NCBI GenBank assembly: GCA_041650915.1
Contig: JBAZKE010000001.1
Coordinates: 547,097 to 611,096, forward strand
Origin: Patescibacteria group bacterium
GTDB taxonomy: Bacteria; Patescibacteriota; Patescibacteriia; UBA10025; JAHIVO01
Direction of reading: 5' to 3'
DNA: 64,000 bases
In this document: positions 10,027 through 19,925 of the stretch, piece after piece
Layout of the letters: each line of letters opens with the position of its first letter
Numbering within the stretch: the first letter of the stretch is position 1
Notes under the pieces: generated by a model
What the model was told of the DNA's origin: nothing
The model's input: only the letters and a program-made list of their open reading frames with translations
The model's database searches: none
Translations under genes and position numbers: made by a program

Positions 10027-11537
10027 GTGCTGCGGGCCTTCTTAATTTGGGATTCATGTAAAAGAGTCGGATTCGCGATAGCGGCGAGCAATACGATTAA
10101 AAGTATGCCGAGCGGGTGGTTAAGGTACGGCGTCGTAGCGTGCGTCACGACAAGAGCAATGAGACAGAAAATAAAACCGGTTACTACAACCGAGTACGCC
10201 GGATGGCCATTTAAAGTGAGGGCAATTATGCTTTTTTTCAAGATACGGATCAGAAGCCACAAATACGCAAACAAACCCACAACGCCAATTTTTACGAGTA
10301 TATCGAGGTAACCCCATTCGAACGAGTAAGTTGTATACCATCCGCTATTGAGATCCTTTGTTCTTGGGTCGAGCGTTTGGTAACTGACAGTTTGGGCAAA
10401 TCCTGATCCGAAAATCGGATTTTCTAAATACTGATTAATGAGCGGGCGGAGCAGCTGAAATCTGCTCTTGGCAGCCGGTTCATCGGTCGTGATCCGTTTT
10501 TGGACGAGTGATACCGCGGATACTCCTCCCCTGCCTTCTCCTGGAAGGTGAACATTGACAATAGCGGTAATAATAAGGAAATCGAGCATAGTAACAAGGA
10601 GCATGAAGCCAGATATTTTTAACAGTTTTTTCAATCGAAGATTTCCTTTCCAAACCAGAAATGTAAAAAGTGTTGCTATCGTAACCGCGAGTGCAAGCCA
10701 AATACTGCGTGAAAAACTGATAATTATCGTAGTACTCGTGGCGATTGCTAGGAGCCATAGTGAAATATTTTCCAATGTATCGCGTTGTTGTCGAGGTATT
10801 TTAATAAGAATGATTATGGCAATTATGAGTGCAAAGAGCACCCATAAGTGACCCTGAAAAAAGATTCGATAATAAGCCGAAACGATGGGCGCAATTTCTC
10901 CAACACGGGTATCGCGCACCCATGTGTATACAAGCCGTATGAGGTTTTCATCAGTTTGGTGCGAGAAGTAAAAAAGCAGAAAAAAAGTTTTCAGGCAGAC
11001 GGCGGATACTGATGCGAACAGAATTTGCATGAGCTGTTTAATCTTGCTCCATGATGTAAGGACTGTTGGCCCAACGAGCATAAGCCCAAAGTATAGGTAT
11101 CCATTGATATCAAAAAAAACATTTTCTGCGCCGTTTCCCCTCAAAAAGCCAATAAAAGCGCCAAGCAGGAGTGTACCAAGAAATAAACAAAATGGAATAG
11201 TAATCCTGAGTGAAAAAAATTCAATCTTTTTATTTCTAATACTGTAAACTATCCAACCGATAAATACCGATACAAATATTGCAAGACGGATTGAAAATCG
11301 AAAATCGTACACGTCGTAAAAAAATAAATATCCAAAGGAGCCTATAAACAATTCAGTGCACGCGATCCAAAATCCGTACTCGATTTTCCAGATGCTGAGA
11401 AGGAGCACGACAATTGAAAAACAAATAAAAATAACAGTATTCAGCCATCCGTATATATGCCCGATAAACGAGAGGATTTCAGCAATAATGATGAGCCAAA
11501 ATGTTATCCGGTAGTATTTTGCAAAAAAGCTTTCCAT
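10023..11537 (-). CDS. Polytopic membrane protein, O-antigen ligase/polymerase (Wzy_C/WaaL)-like.
   Basis: 504 aa with at least 10 predicted TM helices. It lies inside a glycan cluster. A periplasmic loop sits between central TMs, as in the Wzy_C family. Confidence 0.4.
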   Translation of the reverse strand: MESFFAKYYRITFWLIIIAEILSFIGHIYGWLNTVIFICFSIVVLLLSIWKIEYGFWIACTELFIGSFGYLFFYDVYDFRFSIRLAIFVSVFIGWIVYSIRNKKIEFFSLRITIPFCLFLGTLLLGAFIGFLRGNGAENVFFDINGYLYFGLMLVGPTVLTSWSKIKQLMQILFASVSAVCLKTFFLLFYFSHQTDENLIRLVYTWVRDTRVGEIAPIVSAYYRIFFQGHLWVLFALIIAIIILIKIPRQQRDTLENISLWLLAIATSTTIIISFSRSIWLALAVTIATLFTFLVWKGNLRLKKLLKISGFMLLVTMLDFLIITAIVNVHLPGEGRGGVSAVSLVQKRITTDEPAAKSRFQLLRPLINQYLENPIFGSGFAQTVSYQTLDPRTKDLNSGWYTTYSFEWGYLDILVKIGVVGLFAYLWLLIRILKKSIIALTLNGHPAYSVVVTGFIFCLIALVVTHATTPYLNHPLGILLIVLLAAIANPTLLHESQIKKARST

Positions 11538-11540
11538 ACG

Positions 11541-12488
11541 CTATTTTCTTACTCGGCCGATTACGTTCCAGTGCCAGTTGAAAAAATTTATGACCGGGAT
11601 TTTTTCAATCACATTATCGATACCGGTGAATCGATCCTGGAGTTTGCGGGACGGGAGTATTTTTTTACCGGTTAGCCTGCTCCGAAACCTCAGGTATGAA
11701 TCATACCATTCGAGACTGTATTTGACAGGCTTAATTTCTACGATCTCAATATTATATTTTGTAAAGAGGGTTATAAAATCCTTTTTACTGAAACCTTTTG
11801 TTTTATCATCAGCTACTGAGTCGACCCCTCTATTCCTTTTTTTTCTGACGTACTTTTTTATTGGTGAAAGTGCCCGATAAATTGTTTTATACGGCCAGCT
11901 GTTCGGTTCGACGCCGAGTACGATGTAACCGCCGTTTTTCACAATCCTGTTCATTTCTTTAATACCTGCATCGGGACTTTCGATATGGTGAAACGCTGCT
12001 GCCATGAGTACGCCATCGACAGTGCTGTCTCCGAAGGGAAGCATGTGGGCGGCAGCACGAATAAATTCAACATTTGAACTCACATTCATTTTTTGTGCGA
12101 GTGTACGTGCAAACTGTAAAGCTCTGAGCGAAATATCAGTCGCGATTATCTGCCTGTCGCTATCCGCCATTTCGAGAATGTCAGCGCGTGTGCCGCATCC
12201 GAGTTCCACAATAGTAGCTCCACTCGGAAGATCGCGGAGAGGTTTGCGGAAATGTTCGTGAAAATAACTCGAACGATCGTTGAGGGGGCGCTCGCCTTCT
12301 TGTTCATACGTATAGTCCCAAAATTTTTCCTCAGTGCCTACAAAGCTATCTTTTGTCTTTGGGAGTGCATTCAGTATCCCATCTTCAAAACGGTACTGAG
12401 TGCCGCACTGTTGGCATAGCAAATAATCAAGGTGATCGATCAATGATACCTTACATGTCGGACAAATTAAAATTTTTCGGTATGACAT
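11541..12488 (-). CDS. Class I SAM-dependent methyltransferase with an N-terminal Trm112-like zinc ribbon.
   Basis: CPTCKVSL...CQQCG ribbon, followed by VELGCGTRADILEMAD motif I and a DGVLMAAAFHH post-I region. Confidence 0.65.
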   Translation of the reverse strand: MSYRKILICPTCKVSLIDHLDYLLCQQCGTQYRFEDGILNALPKTKDSFVGTEEKFWDYTYEQEGERPLNDRSSYFHEHFRKPLRDLPSGATIVELGCGTRADILEMADSDRQIIATDISLRALQFARTLAQKMNVSSNVEFIRAAAHMLPFGDSTVDGVLMAAAFHHIESPDAGIKEMNRIVKNGGYIVLGVEPNSWPYKTIYRALSPIKKYVRKKRNRGVDSVADDKTKGFSKKDFITLFTKYNIEIVEIKPVKYSLEWYDSYLRFRSRLTGKKILPSRKLQDRFTGIDNVIEKIPVINFFNWHWNVIGRVRK

Positions 12489-13411
12489 TATAAGTCCTTT
12501 CTTGATTTTTTAACTCTCAATAGCTGTACCACAATCGCAAGCAGCAGACTCAGCGGATATACTAACAGCAGTAGCAAGTATTCTTGAACTGAATGATGTT
12601 TAAAAAAATAATAGAGCATGCTTCGATTAAAAATCAGTTGTTTGGCAATTACGGTTTTTTTTGAAAAGCTCTTGCCTTTGTGGTGGATGACCGCTGTTGA
12701 TGCCGTATAGTAGGTTTTCCAGCCTTTTTTTATCGCACGTTTGCAAAAGTCAACTTCTTCATACCATATATAGAAGTGCTGATCGAGCAAGCCTACATCG
12801 TTAAGTGTTTTTCTGCGGATCATGAAGAAAGCGCCCATTACCTGATCGACATATCCCGATATATTATAATCCCAGTCATTATGGTAGTACCAGTGGATTG
12901 GTTTAAGGCGGGGAAAAAAATTGTGGAGCTTGAGCAGCATGATCATGTGTGACATAAATGTGGGAAACCGTCTGACTGAAGGTTGTAAACTTCCATCCGG
13001 ATTCACGAGCTTGCATCCGGCTATGCCGATGTCAGGCATGCGTTCCATTACCCGGAATGCCTTTTCGATGGAATTTTCGCGCAGTTCGGTATCGGGATTC
13101 ATGAGAAGAACATACGTACCTTTGGATTGTTTAATGGCCTGGTTGCAGGCTTGCGCAAATCCAATATTTTTTTGATTTTGAAGCAGAATCACTGTCGGAA
13201 AGTACTTCTTGACGGCTTCGGCAGAACCGTCGTCAGAAGCATTATCAACTACAAAAACCTCATACGTGAGGTTCTGTGTGTAATCAAGTATTGCCTGAAG
13301 GCAACGAGAGAGCTGGTCTTTTACCTTCCATGAAACAACGACGATAGATACATCCATATGGATGGATTCTACCCGATTTTCTGGTAGCATGCAATACGAT
13401 CCTCTACTCAA
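12488..13411 (-). CDS. Glycosyltransferase, family 2.
   Basis: VSIVVVSWKV...VFVVDNASDDGS. Start M19 at 13357 is possible. Confidence 0.7.
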   Translation of the reverse strand: MSRGSYCMLPENRVESIHMDVSIVVVSWKVKDQLSRCLQAILDYTQNLTYEVFVVDNASDDGSAEAVKKYFPTVILLQNQKNIGFAQACNQAIKQSKGTYVLLMNPDTELRENSIEKAFRVMERMPDIGIAGCKLVNPDGSLQPSVRRFPTFMSHMIMLLKLHNFFPRLKPIHWYYHNDWDYNISGYVDQVMGAFFMIRRKTLNDVGLLDQHFYIWYEEVDFCKRAIKKGWKTYYTASTAVIHHKGKSFSKKTVIAKQLIFNRSMLYYFFKHHSVQEYLLLLLVYPLSLLLAIVVQLLRVKKSRKDL

Positions 13412-14052
13412 CTGAAGAGCTTCCTAAAGCCGAGTTTGAGGATTTTAGCGACGCTGAATTTAGATATTCCTGTTCCAGTAAGTGGCGCTTCAAAAAGACG
13501 CCCTGGATACCAAATGCCGTGCATGCCTCGGTCAAGCATACGTTTCCAAAGATCCCAATCTTGAAAACGGCTTATCTCTTCATCAAAACCCAGGAAAGCT
13601 TCACGGCGTATCATGGACATCGTGCTAATGTAGTTTTCTTTTCGGAGTCGTTCCGGATCGAAAGGAAATAAATCAAAGGTATGCGGTCCAAATTTAAAGC
13701 TCGAATAGCAATAAGAGGCATCCGGATTGGATTCGAGTGTTTCCACCATACGTTCAACCATATCCGTATGCAAGTGGACATCCGAATCACAAAATAAAAT
13801 GTAAATGCCTTTTGAAATTTTAAACCCAGCATTTCGTGCTGCTGGCGCACCTTTATTTTCTTGGTTGAGGATCGTCAGTTTTTTACTATGCCGCTCTAGA
13901 ATTGTATGAGTCGCATCAGTAGACCCATCATTGACTGCGATAATTTCAATATTGTTGTACGTTTGATAAAAAATATCGTTTAGCGTCGACTCGAGAGTAC
14001 GGTGGGCGTTGTAGCATGGTACGATGACACTGACGAGAGGCCAATTGCTCAT
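13408..14052 (-). CDS. Glycosyltransferase, family 2 (short).
   Basis: VSVIVPCYNAHRTLESTL...IIAVNDGSTD...FCDSD. Confidence 0.7.
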   Translation of the reverse strand: MSNWPLVSVIVPCYNAHRTLESTLNDIFYQTYNNIEIIAVNDGSTDATHTILERHSKKLTILNQENKGAPAARNAGFKISKGIYILFCDSDVHLHTDMVERMVETLESNPDASYCYSSFKFGPHTFDLFPFDPERLRKENYISTMSMIRREAFLGFDEEISRFQDWDLWKRMLDRGMHGIWYPGRLFEAPLTGTGISKFSVAKILKLGFRKLFS

Positions 14053-15192
14053 GCGAGTACCTTATTGAGTTTTTTCACTTCTCTTTCCCACACGTAGGTG
14101 TTTTGGGCATGTTCCTTGCCTTGGCGTCCGAGTTTATGGGCATACTCCTTATCAGAAAGGATTTTCAAAATTGCTTCCGACAGTTCATGCGGGTCCTCCG
14201 GATTAATAAGGAGACCGGTTTGACCATCCTTGATCGCATCTGACACGCCACCAGTTTTTCCTCCAATGACTGGCTTGCCGAATAAATTTGCTTCGAGGTA
14301 AACCATTCCAAACCCTTCGACATCGATGACTTCTCCGCTCGAGTTTTTTAAAGCGCGTGAGGGCATGACAAAAACGCTCGAGCATCGATAAAAATACGGA
14401 AGTTCTTCATCCGATACTCGGTCAAATATTTTTACATATTCGTTGAGATGATTCTTTTTTATGAGCTCTTCGAGTATAGTCCGGTATGGCCCGTCTCCGA
14501 CGATGACGTACAGGAGGTTTGGAATTTTTTTAATAATCGACGGAAGTATCTTGAGGACAATATCGTGGCCTTTACGTTGTACGAGGTTACCGACGGTCAA
14601 GATTATTTTCTTGCCGTAAAAATTATGTTTATGGACTATGTAATCTAAGTATTGCTGATCGACATACGTGTCAACGAGGCCTTCTGGGGAAGGAAATACC
14701 GTTATAGTACGCCGAGGGTCCGATCCGAGCGTAATCGCTCTTGCCTGGGTATGGCTGCTGTTTGTGATGACGGCACTTGCATTTGATAGAATTTTTTTTA
14801 TAAGATACATTTTTCTGAATGATCTCCTCATGATGACAAGATCTTGCCCGTAAACATACACAAGGTATGGGATTTTATATCTTTTTTTTAATATGAGTGC
14901 AACGGTACCGATTGGTAAAATTTGGCCGACGTGAATCATCTGGATGCCCTCTCGTTCGATAATTGCTTTCAATTTTCTAAACAAAAAAATCCAACGCGGC
15001 CATACAAAAACTGATTCGCTTAGAACGCGCCGCCTGTAAATTTTCCAATCTGCAAGAGGTTCAAATTTTGATGGTTCAGTCAATACAACGATTTTATCAG
15101 GCGGCAGTTGGCTGCATACGTTCCAAAGAAATTTGCTGACCCCTCCACGGAGTGGCGGAAAGTAAAGGGTCACGAGCAGTGATTTTTTCATA
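14049..15192 (-). CDS. Glycosyltransferase, family 4.
   Basis: EGFGMVYLEANLFGKPVIGGKTGGVSDAIKDGQTGLL. The preferred start MKKSLLVTLYFPP has an ATG that overlaps the TGA stop of the wzx gene as ATATGA. The ORF track extends it to 15290. Confidence 0.7.
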
Positions 15193-16678
15193 TAAATTTC
15201 TTTAGTAGTGCATTGTAGAGCATAATGAAATCCGACCGTGTGACTCCCTTGAAAGCATAAAGTGCCGCAAAATAAACAATAGCTCCGCATGGAATAGAGA
15301 TGAATATTGATGTGCTATCTTTTAGCAGGAGAAGCACGATAGCCATGATTGACCCAGCAAGAAGTGCTTTCAAGAAAGCTTTAATGATTTTTTTACCATT
15401 GTACGGATTAATTTTACCGACCCACCGAAGCCCAAGGAAGAAAAGGACAAGGCCGCTTATGAGTGCGGCAGTTGCAGCACCATTGAATGAAAAACCGCGA
15501 ACCGCAACAAAATAAATATTAAGCGTTACGTTAATAAAAACGGTAATGCCCATGTTAATTGTGTTGACAACTTGCTTGTTGCATGCATTTAAAAACGCTC
15601 CGACGGGAAAGTTTAAAAAAATTACGACAAGTCCGACGATGAGTATCCGTAGCGGAATAATGGATGTTACGTAAGCCTCACCGGATATTTTAATAATGAG
15701 TTGGTCGGCCAATATAAAAATTCCAATAGAAATCGGGACCGCAATGACGGACAGATAGTGCATCGAGCGTTCGAATGTTTTCGCAAGCTTTTCTTTGGAG
15801 GAAATAAAGAATGCGCTCATTGCAGGGAAAATACTGATTGCAAATGCAGATGGGATAAATTCAAGAGCGTAAGTCAACTTATGGGAAACTGCATACCAGC
15901 CGACCGCACCTTGGCCTTCGACTATAAGCAGCATAAACCTATCAGTATAAGTATATATTTTTACAAAAATTGCCGTAATTGCAAATGGGAGCGCGGTTTT
16001 TATAAATGTTTTTATTATTGACATGTCCCAGCCAAAAGCGACCCGAATTTTTAATTTTTTTCTCAGCATTACATAAGAAAAAATAAAATTAAAGATGCTC
16101 CCAATGACAACTGCTACAAATAGTGCCTGTAATCCCCAATCAAATTTTAAGGATGCAACACCGAATAGGATTGTTAAAACTTGAGTCCCGATCATGCCGA
16201 GAGCTTCAAATTTCATATTCTGATGGCCGCGGAAGACTGCAAAAAAAGTTAAAGTGAAGGTGTCAAGAGCGACGATGAGCGCATCGAGGTATAATATTGT
16301 TTTGATCAGCTGCTGATTTTCCTCAAAACTGGAGAAGTTAGTGAAGAGGCCCATCCCGAGAATGATGATAAATGCGAAAATTGCTTTAACTGAAAGTACA
16401 TTAGAAAGATAATCTTCTGTTTTTTCCGGTTTGCGGGCAATTTCTCTGACAAGCACGACACTCAGGCTAAAATCAATGAGTATAAGTAAAATTGGGATCA
16501 GTGATTTTGCCGGGTCATACAGTCCAAAATCAACTGGTCCAATGACTCGGGCGATGTAAATGAAGTACACAAAAGACATGACCTTCTGTAGTACATATGC
16601 TACGGTCAGGTAACTTGTGTTCTTTAAAATCCTCTCTTGAGAATGGTGGCTGTCATTTTGTTGAGAGGGAGAGCCCAT
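15188..16678 (-). CDS. Polysaccharide flippase of the MOP/Wzx family.
   Basis: About 14 TM helices, with a typical Wzx N-terminus. Start M11 avoids overlap with rpsI; the ORF track start is 16708. Confidence 0.6.
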   Translation of the reverse strand: MGSPSQQNDSHHSQERILKNTSYLTVAYVLQKVMSFVYFIYIARVIGPVDFGLYDPAKSLIPILLILIDFSLSVVLVREIARKPEKTEDYLSNVLSVKAIFAFIIILGMGLFTNFSSFEENQQLIKTILYLDALIVALDTFTLTFFAVFRGHQNMKFEALGMIGTQVLTILFGVASLKFDWGLQALFVAVVIGSIFNFIFSYVMLRKKLKIRVAFGWDMSIIKTFIKTALPFAITAIFVKIYTYTDRFMLLIVEGQGAVGWYAVSHKLTYALEFIPSAFAISIFPAMSAFFISSKEKLAKTFERSMHYLSVIAVPISIGIFILADQLIIKISGEAYVTSIIPLRILIVGLVVIFLNFPVGAFLNACNKQVVNTINMGITVFINVTLNIYFVAVRGFSFNGAATAALISGLVLFFLGLRWVGKINPYNGKKIIKAFLKALLAGSIMAIVLLLLKDSTSIFISIPCGAIVYFAALYAFKGVTRSDFIMLYNALLKKFI

Positions 16679-16682
16679 CGGT

Positions 16683-17270
16683 TTATCGTTTTTGCCACTG
16701 CGGTGCACGCCTTGCCTTCTTTAATCCGTATTTTTTCCTTTCAACGACTCGAGGGTCACGGGTTAAAAGTTTTTGCGCTTTGAGGATCGGGCGACTATTT
16801 TTATCAATCTGCAATAGTATCCTGCTGATTCCAAGCCGAATACTCTCTGCCTGACCTCTCGTTCCGCCACCAGAAACTTTTATCGTATAGCGACCTTCCG
16901 TAAGTTTTCCGGTGAGTTTAAGCGGCTCTTTAATAATATTTTGAAATTGAAAGTACGGAAAATACTCACCGATCGGTTTACCGTTTATGATAATATCTCC
17001 TTGGCCATCCTTAAAAAAACGAACACGTGCGACCGCCGATTTACGCCTTCCAACAGAAAATTTGTATCCAAATTTTTTTTGTTTTGGCTTCGGCTGGATT
17101 TCCGCTTCAATATTTTCAATCGGTTGGGCGGCCCTTTTTTGCGGAATCAGAATATTCTTTTTGACAGCCTTCTTTTTCTGCGTCTTCGGCTTAGTAGATG
17201 TTCTAGGTAATTTTTTTACCTTCGTACCTGGCTTTTTGGAAATTTTGACTGTAGCTGATTTTATAGGCAT
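16683..17270 (-). CDS. rpsI: Ribosomal protein uS9 with a 65-aa Lys-rich N-terminal extension.
   Basis: The C-terminal 125 aa are canonical S9 (FSVGRRKSAVARV...GGGTRGQAESIRLGISRILL...DPRVVERKKYGLKKARRAPQWQKR). No ATG lies closer to the core. Confidence 0.8.
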   Translation of the reverse strand: MPIKSATVKISKKPGTKVKKLPRTSTKPKTQKKKAVKKNILIPQKRAAQPIENIEAEIQPKPKQKKFGYKFSVGRRKSAVARVRFFKDGQGDIIINGKPIGEYFPYFQFQNIIKEPLKLTGKLTEGRYTIKVSGGGTRGQAESIRLGISRILLQIDKNSRPILKAQKLLTRDPRVVERKKYGLKKARRAPQWQKR

Positions 17271-17273
17271 ACA

Positions 17274-17654
17274 TTATTGAAATTTTATCTGCTTGAGCAA
17301 TTGCCTTTTATGCCTGTTAGTAGGCAGCATATTGTCAAGAACCTTCAAAAAAAGTTGTCGGGGATTTTTTTGGTAAAGTTCTCTCCAAGAAGTTTTTTTA
17401 AGCCCTCCCGGATAACCACTCGAATGGAAAAATACAGTAGAATCAAGTTTTTTATCAGAAATTCTTGCCTTTTCGAGATTTATAATTGTAACTTGGATAT
17501 TCTGTAATTGGTTGGGTTCATATGATGCTAAGTGTTTGCCTCGGATAAGGGTAACGACAGAAGTAGCCAGCCTTCCGTAAGGTTTGCCAGTCGCATCAAT
17601 TTCGTATTTTGCCAGTTTTCCACCAGCAGGATTTTTTTTGTTATTTGATTTCAT
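17274..17654 (-). CDS. rplM: Ribosomal protein uL13.
   Basis: DATGKPYGRLATSVVTLIRGKH...HSSGYPGGLK. Confidence 0.85.
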   Translation of the reverse strand: MKSNNKKNPAGGKLAKYEIDATGKPYGRLATSVVTLIRGKHLASYEPNQLQNIQVTIINLEKARISDKKLDSTVFFHSSGYPGGLKKTSWRELYQKNPRQLFLKVLDNMLPTNRHKRQLLKQIKFQ

Positions 17655-17659
17655 GGTGA

Positions 17660-18010
17660 TTAAACAAACGTTAGTTTTACTGTCGGAGCGCCGTCTCCTT
17701 TTCGATTCCCGAGTTTAATTAGCTTCACATAGCCGCCTTTGCGTTCCTTATATGCTGGTGCAATATCTTTAATAATTTTTGTTGCGAGCGTATTACTTCC
17801 TAATGCTGTAATAAGTTGGCGGCGGGTTGCCAGCGTATCGGTTTTTCCGAGCGTAATAAGTTTTTCAATTTTTGATTTGATTACTTTTGCTTTTGTCTCG
17901 GTCGTGATGATGCTTCGGTGTTCAAAAAAAGAATAACACAAATTTTTAATAAGAGCCTTTCTATGTGAAGTGCCTCGATCTAAAGTTTTAGTTGTTTTTC
18001 GATGTCTCAT
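17660..18010 (-). CDS. rplQ: Ribosomal protein bL17.
   Basis: MRHRKTTKTLDRGTSHRKALIKNL...RKGDGAPTVKLTFV. Confidence 0.85.
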   Translation of the reverse strand: MRHRKTTKTLDRGTSHRKALIKNLCYSFFEHRSIITTETKAKVIKSKIEKLITLGKTDTLATRRQLITALGSNTLATKIIKDIAPAYKERKGGYVKLIKLGNRKGDGAPTVKLTFV

Positions 18011-18024
18011 GTAAAAACACTAAG

Positions 18025-18840
18025 TTATTCTTTTTTGGCTTTTACTTTTCTCTTTTTCTTTTTTTCTGGTTCTTCATTGATGGTTTCTTGTTCGCCAGAT
18101 TCAGTTTTGTCTTTCTTTGCTTTTTGCGTCGCAGGCGTTTGTTCTGCCGGCTGAATGCCAAAATTTGTAATTGCTTGGAAATGGTCTACCAGTATTGTAC
18201 TGGCTTCTTTCAATGCTTCCTCGGGAGTTATTGTGCCGTCAGTCGTAATGCTCATGATGACGCGATCGTAGTTTGTCATTTGTCCGACGCGTACGTTTTC
18301 AATGTTGTAATTAACATTTTTAATCGGCGTAAAAATCGAATCGATCGCAATGGTACCCAGAGGAAGTTTGTCCGTATCCATGTTTTCAACCTGGACGTAT
18401 CCTCTGCCAGCTTTTATGGTAAGTTCCATTTCAATTTCAGAATCTTTATCAGTAAGCGTAGCGATTTCCGCATCAGGGTTCGAAACTTCCGCTTCACTAG
18501 TGAGCTTGATATCTTTTGCAATAACCTTTTTTTGACCTTTTACCTTAAGTGTGGCTGTCGTTTCATCAGTACCGTGCAATTTGAATCCAATTTTTTTCAA
18601 ATTGAGGATTATTTCTACGATGTCTTCTTTAACTCCTGGAACTGTTGAAAATTCATGTGTGATACCTTTTATGCGAAAAGCGGTAATTGCAGCACCCGAC
18701 AACGAAGAAAGCAGTACGCGCCTGAGCGCATTACCAAGCGTATTGCCGTATCCAGGATAGCACGGTTCTATAATAAGATCTGCTTGGTGCTTGTCGGTGC
18801 TGTTCACCTGGTATTTATCTGGTAGTGGAAACGTTTCCAT
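18025..18840 (-). CDS. rpoA: RNA polymerase alpha subunit: N-terminal domain only, with a K/E-rich tail.
   Basis: The alpha-NTD signature GNTLGNALRRVLLSSLSGAAITAFRIKGITHEFS is present. The protein ends at 271 aa in QKAKKDKTESGEQE...KKKKRKVKAKKE, with no alpha-CTD helix-hairpin-helix. Confidence 0.8.
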   Translation of the reverse strand: METFPLPDKYQVNSTDKHQADLIIEPCYPGYGNTLGNALRRVLLSSLSGAAITAFRIKGITHEFSTVPGVKEDIVEIILNLKKIGFKLHGTDETTATLKVKGQKKVIAKDIKLTSEAEVSNPDAEIATLTDKDSEIEMELTIKAGRGYVQVENMDTDKLPLGTIAIDSIFTPIKNVNYNIENVRVGQMTNYDRVIMSITTDGTITPEEALKEASTILVDHFQAITNFGIQPAEQTPATQKAKKDKTESGEQETINEEPEKKKKRKVKAKKE

Positions 18841-18865
18841 ATCGATTAAAAACAGTTAGTTATTG

Positions 18866-19480
18866 TTATCGTGAATAAAATTCAATTATCATGGCAGTCT
18901 CAAACCCCTGGTTGAGCTCTTCTTTTGAAGGTGTACCGGTTATTTTGGCTTGAAGCTTGGAAATATCCTCAAACGTTAGCCACGATGGTAATTCCTTTAC
19001 TTTGATTGATTTTGAAATATCTCTAAAAAGAGGCTTAGTGATGCTCTTAGTTTTAATTTGCACAGAATCACCGGCACTAACGTGCAAAGAAGGAATTGTA
19101 TTTTTTCTTTGATTAACGAGTACGTGCCCATGGTTGACCATCTGCCGTGCGGCACTTCTTGTTTTAGCAATTTTTAATCTATACATTACATTATCGAGCC
19201 TCGTTTCAAGCAGCGTTACCAAATTCGCACCCGTATCTCCTTTCATCTGTTTTGCTTTATGGTAGTAGTTTCTGAATTGGCGCTCGAGTATCCCATAAAT
19301 TTTTCTCGCTTTTTGCTTTTCTCGGAGCTGCAGTCCGTATTCAGAGATTCTCTGCCTGCCTTTTGGCCCATGCATGCCAGGCCGATATGGCCGCTTGATA
19401 GCGGGACATTTAGGCGAGTCGCATAATCGCATGCCATATTGCCTGCAGAGTTTATGTTTTGGTTCTAAGTTTCTTCCCAT
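18866..19480 (-). CDS. rpsD: Ribosomal protein uS4.
   Basis: Starts MGRNLEPKHKLCRQYG (compare E. coli MARYLGPKLKLSRREG) and contains the S4 domain. The ORF track extends the start to 19531. Confidence 0.8.
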   Translation of the reverse strand: MGRNLEPKHKLCRQYGMRLCDSPKCPAIKRPYRPGMHGPKGRQRISEYGLQLREKQKARKIYGILERQFRNYYHKAKQMKGDTGANLVTLLETRLDNVMYRLKIAKTRSAARQMVNHGHVLVNQRKNTIPSLHVSAGDSVQIKTKSITKPLFRDISKSIKVKELPSWLTFEDISKLQAKITGTPSKEELNQGFETAMIIEFYSR

Positions 19481-19496
19481 AAAAGTATTTACTTCA

Positions 19497-19904
19497 TTAA
19501 ACCCGACGAACTTTCGGGGCGCGGCAGCCATTATGCGGGATCGGCGTCACGTCTTTTATTCCAACAACGGTGATATTATTCGCATTGAACGCACGAATAG
19601 CAGACTCTCTGCCGGATCCTACCCCTTTTACAAAAACATCCACGGTTTTAATACCGACAGCTTTTCCCTTTTCAGCAACATCAGCTACGATTGTACTTGC
19701 TGCATAGGGAGTTGCTTTTTTAGGACCTTTAAATCCTTTATGTCCCGCCGAAGACCAGGCGATAATATTTCCTTGCTGGTCTGCTATCGAAACGATAGTG
19801 TTGTTATAGGTTGCCTGAATATATGCCCTTCCGTGGCTGATGAAGGTCCGTTTTTTTTGCTTTGATTTCCGTTTAGGTTTAGTTTGCTTCGATGCTTTTT
19901 GCAT
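19497..19904 (-). CDS. rpsK: Ribosomal protein uS11.
   Basis: GRAYIQATYNNTIVSIADQQGN...SSAGHKGFKGPKKATPYAA. Confidence 0.85.
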   Translation of the reverse strand: MQKASKQTKPKRKSKQKKRTFISHGRAYIQATYNNTIVSIADQQGNIIAWSSAGHKGFKGPKKATPYAASTIVADVAEKGKAVGIKTVDVFVKGVGSGRESAIRAFNANNITVVGIKDVTPIPHNGCRAPKVRRV

Positions 19905-19925
19905 ATAATAAATTGGATAATCGCA

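Noticed and set aside
17992-18648. A 218-aa plus-strand ORF, and many similar ORFs of 60-170 aa on the strand opposite conserved genes (for example 53067-53588 inside murC, 50118-50567 inside secA, 31658-32158 inside secD, 926-1387 inside proS/rseP).
   Set aside because: They lie antisense to strongly conserved coding sequence, have low-complexity composition with no motifs, and are the usual shadow ORFs of AT-rich genes.
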